DNA of 64,000 nucleotides from an uncultured delta proteobacterium (GTDB lineage Bacteria; Myxococcota; Myxococcia; Myxococcales; Myxococcaceae), in contig CAVSWU010000003.1 of NCBI GenBank assembly GCA_963731795.1, forward strand, positions 1,094,216 through 1,158,215. The letters are read 5' to 3'. This document shows positions 57,220 through 64,000 of the stretch, one piece after another. Each line of letters starts with the position of its first letter. Position 1 is the first letter of the stretch. The position numbers were made by a program, and so were the translations under genes. The notes beneath the pieces are model-generated. The model ran no database searches and was not told the DNA's origin. It saw only the letters and a list, made by a program, of their open reading frames with translations.

Positions 57220-57642
57220 ATGATCCGAGAAGAAGCGCAGCGCCTGGCGCAAGCGTTCCTGGCAGCCACCGGCAACCCCGACAGCCCCGGCCTCAACCCG
57301 CAGGGCTTTGGCGGCGTCGCCATCGAGGGCGCGCAACTCTACTTCGAGTGGCGCGACAAGGAGCAGGCGCTGGAGTGCAGCGCCCTCGTGTACAAGTTCC
57401 AAGATGCTCCCAAGCCCGGCATCATCGAGGGCTTCCAGCAAGAAGAGTGGTCCGGCGCGGACACCGGCGGCGGCACCGTGGACTACGAGCCAGAGAACAA
57501 GTCCCTCTTCCTGAGCCGCACCTATACCGAGGCGCCTCCGCAGTCGGCGTTCGTCGAGGACATGAAGCGGCTGATGGCGGCCAGCCTCGTGTGGGGCGAT
57601 GAGGTGCTGGACCGCGTGGCCTCGCGCGTCTTCAAGAGATAG
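57220..57642 (+). CDS. CesT/YbjN-like type-III-chaperone-fold protein, paralog A (candidate chaperone or immunity)
   Basis: ~140 aa acidic protein; helix-beta-beta-helix pattern (AQRLAQAFL...VAIEGAQLYFEW...ALECSALVYKF...SLFLSRTY...MKRLMAASLVW) typical of class-I T3SS chaperone/YbjN fold. About 60% identical to paralog B. Confidence 0.6.
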   Translation: MIREEAQRLAQAFLAATGNPDSPGLNPQGFGGVAIEGAQLYFEWRDKEQALECSALVYKFQDAPKPGIIEGFQQEEWSGADTGGGTVDYEPENKSLFLSRTYTEAPPQSAFVEDMKRLMAASLVWGDEVLDRVASRVFKR

Positions 57643-57744
57643 GCCACTCGACGCACCGCGTTATCCCTGGACGGCAACTTTTCCGTCTCAGGTACGACAA
57701 TTCCTCCCAAAGGCAGCACTCCCTCACGAATTCACGGAGTCCCC

Positions 57745-58708
57745 ATGAGCCTCATTGATCGCAGCCGGAACCTGGTGAACCAGGTGCGCACCGGCGTCGA
57801 GAACACCGCCCACAAGGTCGAGAACGCCGTCAGCAACACCGTCCACAAGGTGGAGGACGTAGCGGCCCAGACGGGCCAGAAGATCCACAACGTGGTGGAC
57901 GGCTTCGAGACCAAGGCCGTCAACGGCGCCAAGGCCGTGCAGGGCTTCTTCGGCGGCGGCAACCAGCCGGACAAGGTGTACGACGGGCAGTTCGTGGGCG
58001 CTGGCGGCAAGACGTACCCGCCCGGCACGCTCGCTGAGCGACGTCCCCGGCGTCACCCCGAAGAACAACCCGAACCCCTCCGAGACGATCGTCTACGTCA
58101 ACGGCATCAACACCACGAAGGACGGCCAGGCCAGCAGCCTCCAGTCGATCGCGGACACGACGGGCGCCAAGGTGGTGGGCATCCACAACGCCACCGAGGG
58201 CATGGGCGCGGACCTGGCCCAGTGCGTGAAGGACAAGCTGGACAAGGGCACCAACCCGGCCGTGGATACGCTGGCGGACACGCTCTACAAGGAGCTCAAG
58301 GCGGGCCACTCGGTGCACGTGATGGCGCACAGCCAGGGCGGCCTGATCACCAGCCGCGCGCTCGACCACGTCTACAACCGGCTGCGCATCGAAGATGGGA
58401 TGTCCAAGGCCGATGCGCAGAAGACCATGAGCAAGCTGAACGTGGAGACGTTCGGCGCGGCGGCCGCGCACTACCCGGACGGCCCCAACTACGTGCACTA
58501 CGTCAACAAGAGCGACCTGGTCCCCGACGCCTTCGGCCTGGGCCCGGCCAAGTGGAACCCCCTCACCGACGGCGGCAAGGGCGCCGTGGTGCACCGCTTC
58601 AACGAGTTCCACGCCAACCCCATCGCCTCGCACGGCTTCGAGTCCGTGTACCTGCAGCACCGCGTGCCGTTCGATCAGGCGCGGGCCGGTAACTTCGGCG
58701 ACAAGTAA
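57745..58708 (+). CDS. Candidate secreted effector/toxin with C-terminal lipase-like alpha/beta-hydrolase domain (GHSQG), one frameshift near 58030
   Basis: No signal peptide. C-terminal domain has VYVNGINTT (oxyanion region), VHVMAHSQGG (nucleophile elbow), KSDLVPD (Asp) and ASHGF (His), resembling Bacillus LipA-type lipases. N-part in ORF 57745.., C-part in ORF 58172..58708. Confidence 0.6.
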
Positions 58709-58797
58709 CAATGGCGACCGCACCTCGAAGTGGCCTGGCGGGCCTCCTGATGTCGTGGGTGGCCGGCCTGGCGCCTGCGTCCCCGGCGGGCGCGCCC

Positions 58798-59238
58798 ATG
58801 ACGCGGGAGGGCGCGCAGCGGCTGGTGCAGTCCTTCGTCCGGCCCCACGGCTCATTGCAGAGCCAGGGGCTGAACCAGGAGGGCTTCGGCGGCCTCATCA
58901 TGGGCGGGGCGCAGCTCTACTTCGAGTGGCACGAGGACACGAAGGCGCTGGAGTGCAGCGCCCTCGTGTACAAGTTCCACGATCCGCCCAAGCCCGGCGT
59001 GCTCGAGACCTTCCAGGCTGAGGAGAAGGAAGGCACGGACACCGGCGGCGGCACCGTGGCCTACGAGCCCGAGAACCGCGGGCTGTACCTCAGCCGGACC
59101 TATACGCAGGTGCCGGATGAGCGCGCCTTCGCCAAGGACATGAAGCGGCTGATGAAGGCCAGCCTCAAGTGGAGTGACGAGGTGCTGGACCGCGTGGCCT
59201 CGCGCGTGTTCCACCCCGAGGAGCTGGAGCAGCGCTGA
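58798..59238 (+). CDS. CesT/YbjN-like type-III-chaperone-fold protein, paralog B
   Basis: MTREGAQRLVQSF...LIMGGAQLYFEWHEDTKALECSALVYKFHDPPKPGVLE...GLYLSRTY...MKRLMKASLKW; paralog of 57220..57642. Confidence 0.6.
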   Translation: MTREGAQRLVQSFVRPHGSLQSQGLNQEGFGGLIMGGAQLYFEWHEDTKALECSALVYKFHDPPKPGVLETFQAEEKEGTDTGGGTVAYEPENRGLYLSRTYTQVPDERAFAKDMKRLMKASLKWSDEVLDRVASRVFHPEELEQR

Positions 59239-59295
59239 GCCTCGAGGAGCGGGTGGAGTCGACTCCCCCGCTCCACCGAGGCCGCGGGCCCAGAC

Positions 59296-60493
59296 TCACA
59301 CCGAGGCGAGCACGTAGAACTTGAGGTACTTCCCCTCGGGGAACTGCAGGCGGACCGGGTGATCCGGCGGCTGGTAGCGCTCCTCCACCAGCGCGAGATC
59401 CACGCCGGCCTTGAAGCTCGCCTCGCGCACCGCGCCCATGAAGTCATTCGGGCTGACGCGCGCCGAGCACGAGGCCGTGGCCAGCAGCCCTCCCGGCCGC
59501 AGCAGCGCGAGCGCCTGCCGGTTGAGCGAGGCATACCCGTCGATCGCCGCCTGCACCGCGCGCTGGCTCTTCGCGAAGGCGGGCGGGTCCAGGATGATCA
59601 GATCGAACGTGCGGCCCTCGTCCTTGAAGGACTGGATGATCTTGAAGACGTCCGCGGCGAGGAAGTCGTGCTTCTCCGCCGGCAGCCCGTTGCGCGTGAA
59701 GTTCTCCCGGGCCAGCGCGATGGCGTCCGGATCCAGGTCCACCGAGAAGACGCTCTTGGCCCCGCCCAGCGCCGCGTTCACCGAGAAGCCGCCGCTGAAG
59801 CAGAAGCAGTTGAGCACGTCCCGGTCCTTCGCCAGCCGGCGGATGAGGAAGCGGTTCTCGCGCTGGTCCAGGAAGAAGCCCGTCTTCTGCCCCCGCCACG
59901 CGTCCACGAGGAAGGTGGCGCCCCGCTCGCGGATGGGGATGAGCTCCGGCGCGGGAGGCCCGTGGAGCATCCGCCCGGAGCCGCGCCCGTCGTCGTCCTC
60001 CACGTCGTCGCGAGCCACCTCGTCCCGGCCGAGGATGCCCTTCAGCTCGGGAATCGCCGCCTTGAGCGCCTCGACGATGAGGTGGCGGTAGGGCGTGAGG
60101 CCCGCCGAGTACAGCTTGAGCACCACGTAGCCCGCGTAGAGATCCGCAACCACGCCCGGCAGCCCGTCGCCCTCGCCGTGGAGGAGGCGGAAGCTGTCCG
60201 TGTCGGTGAGATCGATGAGGGCCTCGCCGCTCGGCGAGCGCCTGCTTCACCCGCCGCGCGACGAAGTCCGCGTCGATGTTCTCCCGCGGATCACGCGTGA
60301 GCACGCGCACCGCGATGGCCGAGTGCGGATCGAAGTAGCCGCGCGCGACGAACTTCCCGTTCTCGGTGAGGTCCACCACGCTGCCGGCGGGGATCTTCGG
60401 CACCTGCTCCAGCGCCTTGCGGAACACCCACGGGTGGCCTGCGCGCAGGTGGCGGCCCAGTCCGCGGGCCAGCTCAAGCTTGACGACGTTCAC
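59296..60493 (-). CDS. rlmI: 23S rRNA (cytosine-C5) methyltransferase RlmI-like (PUA + class I SAM MTase), one frameshift near 60235
   Basis: N-terminal PUA-like VNVVKLELARGLGRHLRAGHPWVF (GTG start 60493, RBS GGAG). MTase motifs VLNCFCFSGGFS, DLIILDPPAF in ORF 59296..60153. Confidence 0.7.
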
Positions 60494-60497
60494 GAAG

Positions 60498-61310
60498 TCA
60501 CTCCTGAAGAGCCGGGCGGCGGCCTCGCTGGGCGAGGATGGCGCGGGCCAGCTCCTCGAAGCCCCGCCCCTCGGCGGCCCGGGTGATGAAGGCCGGCGGC
60601 GCGTCGATGCGGTCCAGCACGCCGCGCACGTTGGCCACCCCCACACTGAGGGCAAAGGCCTGGAACATCGGGGCGTCGTTGAAAGAATCCCCGGCGTAGA
60701 CGGAGCGGCCGTCCTCGGGCGTCAGCCGCTCGCCCCACGCCACCCGGGCGAAGCGCCGCGCCATGGACAGCTTGTCGAAGCGCCCGATCCAGCAGTTGAC
60801 GTGCACCGAGGAGCGCACCGCCGTCACGCCCCGCGCGCGCAGCAGCGACTCGATGCGGCTGGCCGCCGCGTCCCCGAGCCGGGCCTCCTCGTTGTAGTCG
60901 ATGGCCAGATCCACTTCGGTGTACGCGCTGTCCGAGGACAGCCGGGCGCCCGGCACCTTCTTCAGCACCCGGAGCACCTCCGAGCGCAGGCGCTTCCGGT
61001 TCGCCACTCGCTCGGCGGGCGCCTCCGCGTACACCTTGCGCAGCACGCCCTGAGCGCCTCGGACGAAGAAGAGCCCTCCGTTCTCCACGATGACGCCATC
61101 CACCGGAAGCGTGCGTGCCCAGGCCTCGCCCCACCCCGCCGGGCGGCCGCTGACGAGCACCACCTTCAGCCCCGCCGCGGACAGGCTCTCAAGCGCACGA
61201 ATCGTCTGGCTGCGCAGCTTGTGGCCCGTGGTGAGCGTGCCGTCCACGTCGGTGAAGACGCTCCTCCACCTGGGACAGCTCCGCCTCCCGGAGAGGCCGG
61301 GGGAGGGTTG
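60498..61310 (-). CDS. HAD-IIB family hydrolase (mannosyl-3-phosphoglycerate phosphatase-like), N-terminus frameshifted
   Basis: Motif I FTDVDGTLTTG (needs a frame change to reach an ATG), then VLVSGRP, GDSFNDAPMF. Stop at 60498 abuts the rlmI start. Confidence 0.65.
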   Translation of the reverse strand, partial: QPSPGLSGRRSCPRWRSVFTDVDGTLTTGHKLRSQTIRALESLSAAGLKVVLVSGRPAGWGEAWARTLPVDGVIVENGGLFFVRGAQGVLRKVYAEAPAERVANRKRLRSEVLRVLKKVPGARLSSDSAYTEVDLAIDYNEEARLGDAAASRIESLLRARGVTAVRSSVHVNCWIGRFDKLSMARRFARVAWGERLTPEDGRSVYAGDSFNDAPMFQAFALSVGVANVRGVLDRIDAPPAFITRAAEGRGFEELARAILAQRGRRPALQE

Positions 61311-61339
61311 CTAGCATGCTGACTCTCGCCGACTTGGAA

Positions 61340-62518
61340 GAAGGAGACTGCCTCACGTCACACCCAGGTTCGCCAGCAGGCTCTGGCAGGTTCTCCAGCG
61401 TGGCGCGCAGCTCCGGGCCGGTGAGGCTGGCCAGCGGCGCCTTGCGCGCCTTGCGCAGGAAGGCATCCATGTTCGCCTCGCGCCCATAGAGGGACTGACC
61501 GATGGCGGCCGCCTCGGCCAGCAGGCGCGCGGCGTTGGCCGGATCCGAGTCCAGCAGTCCCATGGCCCGCTCCAGGCGCACGCCGCAGGCGGCCCACACC
61601 TCGCGGTCGTTGATGATGAGCACCTGCCGCTGGTTCACCGCGGACAGCGAGCGCACCAGGCCATCCAGCTCCTCCAGCACGGTGAGCAGCTCGTCCTTCG
61701 GCGGGTTGGGCAGAGGAAGCCAGGGGCCCCACCTTCCCGCGGAGCTCGATGATGTGCCGCTTGTCCTGCGCGCGCAGCGCCCCGGTAGGCGGCCGTCCGG
61801 CCGAAGGCGTCCAGCTCGTTCTGGAGCTGCTGGGCGTTCGTCTGGATGTCCCCGGGCGCGGCGTCGCGCACCTTCGCCAGACGCGCCGAGAGGATGCGCC
61901 CCAGATCGGCCACGATGGCCCGCACCGTCATCGAGGCCTTCACCTCCGCCTCGTAGCCCGGCACCACTTCCTTCCGGGACACGTCCGCGAAGGCGCTGAT
62001 GGACGAGTAGACGAGGTTGCTGATCTGCTCTCGGAAGGCGGACCGGAAGCGCTGGATCTCCGCCAGCAGCGTCCACCGGTCGGACACCACGGAGGGGTTG
62101 CGCATGGCCTCGCCCAGCTGGGTGATCTGCTGGGCCATCTGGATCATCGCCTCATGCAGCAAGGCCGCCGCGTCCCTCGCCCGCCCCTCGTGCGTCGCGC
62201 GCGTCGCCGCGTCCGCGCTGGCTCCCGGCGGCTGCGCCGGGAACTCCTCGCGGATGACGTGAGCAGCGCGTTGACGTCCATCACCGTGTCGCGGATGACA
62301 GGGGCCATCTCCTCCCACAAGGACAGGTCCGCGCCCGACTCGGTGGAGTCGGTCTCGTACTTCACCAGGTCCATGTCACTGAGCCGCGCGATGGCCTGCG
62401 CGGCGGCGGCGTACACCTTCCTCAGGCGCCCGGCGAATGCCGGATCCGGGAGCGTCTGGAGGATCTGCTCGAGCCTCGAAGACAGGGGGCAGGAGTCGTT
62501 TCTGCGGACACGAGGCAC
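61340..62518 (-). pseudogene. Hypothetical protein gene with >=2 frameshifts
   Basis: Coherent segments across ORFs 62144..62518, 61635..62318 and 61189..62076; no family assigned. Confidence 0.45.
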
Positions 62519-62617
62519 ACTCTAGACCGATCTGACGCCGCTGGGCCCTCGACTTCTCACCCGGTTGGTTCTACCCATCATGAGCGCGTCGCGTTCCACC
62601 GTTGGGAGTACCGCACC

Positions 62618-63566
62618 ATGAAGATACAGGTCTGTCTCCTGGAGGGAGGTCGAACCCTCGTCGGCGGCGAGGAGCTGCTCGACAAGCCTGGCCCCAAGTG
62701 GATCGACGTGCTCGCGCCCAATGAGGAGGGGCTCAGCAGGCTCGGCGAGCGCTACTCCCTGCACCGGTTGGCCGTCGAGGACTGCCTCCACCTGGATCAG
62801 CGCCCCAAGATGGAGGAGTACCCCGGACCACCAGTTCATCGTCCTCCAGGGCTTCACCGCCGGGCAGGACATCTGCGACCTGACCCTACAAGAGCATCAC
62901 TTCTTCCTCGGGCCCGGACTGGCTGATCAGCGTCCACGAGCTCCCCTTCGACGCGCACGATGAGGTGCGCCGTCGGATAGAGGCCGATCCCGAGGGGACG
63001 CTCGGGCGGGGGGTGGACTTCATCCTCTACCTGCTGGCGGACGTGTTGATCGACCGGCAGTTCCCGATTCTGGACACCTTCAGCGACGAGCTCGAGGACC
63101 TGGAGGCGGCCATCTTCGAGCAGGCGGAGAAGCGACCACCTGCAGCGCATCTTCGAGCTGAAGCGCATGCTGATGCCGTTCCGTCGCGTGCTCTCGCCCC
63201 AGCGGGATGTGGTGGGGCTGTTTGCCCGGCGAGGCATCCCCCACGTCCAGGATCGAAACCACCCTGTACTTCCGGGATGTGTACGATCACCTCGTCCGGC
63301 TGTACGAGCAGATCGACTCCGGGCGCGACATCCTGGGCAACGTGATGGACGGCTACCTGTCCATGGTGGCCAACAAGACGAACGACATCACCAAGCAGCT
63401 CACCATCTTCGCCACGATCTTCCTGCCGCTGTCCTTCATCGTGGGGTTCTTCGGACAGAACTTCCCGCAGATCCAAGGCCCGGGCGAGTACTACGCCATG
63501 TGGGTGACGATCGCGGTGATCCCTATCGCGCTCATCTTCTGGTTCAGGCACAAGCGGTGGTTCTGA
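62618..63566 (+). pseudogene. corA: Magnesium/cobalt transporter CorA gene, >=4 frameshifts
   Basis: CorA N-domain (WIDVLAPNEEGLSRLGERYSLHRLAVEDCLHLDQRPKMEEY) and C-terminal TM region with YGMNF-like GQNF (FLPLSFIVGFFGQNFPQI) spread over ORFs 62618, 62721, 62965, 63167/63207. Confidence 0.75.
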
Positions 63567-63582
63567 GCTTCCCGGAGGCGCC

Positions 63583-64000
63583 TTGCTGACCGTGACCGTC
63601 GATGGCATCCCCCTGCACTACCGAGATGTGGGCCAGGGGATGCCCGTGCTGTTGCTCCATGCGTTCCCGCTGAATGGCTCGGCGTTCGACGCGCAGGTGA
63701 AGGCGCTCTCGGGCCGCTACCGCTTCATCATCCCGGACCACCGAGGCTTCGGGCAGAGCAAGCTGGGTGAGGGGCCCACGGAGATGAGCCGCATTGCCCG
63801 GGACGCGCTGGCGCTGCTGGATGAGCTGAAGCTCGACTCGGCGGTGGTGGGAGGCGTGTCCATGGGTGGGTACGCGACCATGGCGCTGCTGCGCGAGGAC
63901 GCGGGGCGCGTGCGCGGGCTGGTGCTGGTGGACACCCAGGCCACGCCGGACGACGAGGCGGGCCGGGCGCGGCGCGAGGCCTCGGCGAAGGAGGCGCTCG
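63583..64000 (+). CDS. Alpha/beta hydrolase fold protein, partial (runs off window end)
   Basis: TTG start after GGAGG; LLLHAFPLNGSAFDAQ...IIPDHRGFGQS...VVGGVSMGGYA (HGxP-like and GxSxG motifs). Confidence 0.7.
   Translation, partial: MLTVTVDGIPLHYRDVGQGMPVLLLHAFPLNGSAFDAQVKALSGRYRFIIPDHRGFGQSKLGEGPTEMSRIARDALALLDELKLDSAVVGGVSMGGYATMALLREDAGRVRGLVLVDTQATPDDEAGRARREASAKEAL

Noticed and set aside
44500-63600. Programmed ribosomal frameshifting as an explanation for split genes
   Set aside because: There are too many sites (about 30), in unrelated genes, with no slippery heptamer or pseudoknot pattern. Indel error or pseudogenisation is far more likely.

Overview
High-GC (~68-70%) bacterial chromosomal segment whose gene content and protein sequences look like Myxococcales (Myxococcus/Corallococcus-like). 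No rRNA gene, CRISPR array or complete tRNA gene was found; two tRNA 3'-end-like repeats are present.

Left accessory block (1-20.3 kb): an NRPS gene running off the window start (C-A-PCP followed by a heterocyclization-like domain) with a LysR regulator directly upstream. Then housekeeping or accessory genes: GAF-type free-Met-R-sulfoxide reductase, a GDT1/UPF0016 cation transporter, psuG, an EamA transporter. A small islet follows, made of two degenerate IS91-family (HUH/Y2 rolling-circle) transposase relics in direct orientation that flank a MopE-repeat, choice-of-anchor-A lipoprotein and are bracketed by two tRNA 3'-end-like direct repeats. Next come an FHA-GAF-AAA+ (NtrC-like) activator lacking the GAFTGA motif, a hypothetical protein, a deoxynucleoside kinase, plsC, a TPR lipoprotein and a membrane protein.

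Core block (20.3-42 kb, all on the minus strand): the str-S10-spc-alpha ribosomal super-operon, rpsL-rpsG-fusA-tuf-rpsJ-rplD-rplW-rplB-rpsS-rplV-rpsC-rplP-rpmC-rpsQ-rplN-rplX-rplE-rpsZ-rpsH-rplF-rplR-rpsE-rpmD-rplO-secY-adk-map-infA-rpmJ-rpsM-rpsK-rpsD-rpoA-rplQ. rplC (L3) is absent from its canonical slot between rpsJ and rplD, and secY carries a frameshift.

Right block (42-64 kb): rimI, a SurA-like chaperone, dnaJ, a HEAT-repeat gene, a hybrid GAF-HK-REC kinase, plsB, a lipoprotein + multiheme cytochrome c + OM beta-barrel trio, a CPBP protease, an S8 subtilase locus and an alpha/beta hydrolase. A candidate effector/toxin (lipase-like alpha/beta hydrolase) is flanked by two paralogous CesT/YbjN-like small genes. 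Then rlmI, a HAD hydrolase, corA and a partial alpha/beta hydrolase.

This right block carries roughly 30+ frameshifts across a dozen genes, whereas the first 44 kb contains only the secY frameshift. That pattern is most simply explained by local indel sequencing/assembly errors; the alternative is mass pseudogenisation.
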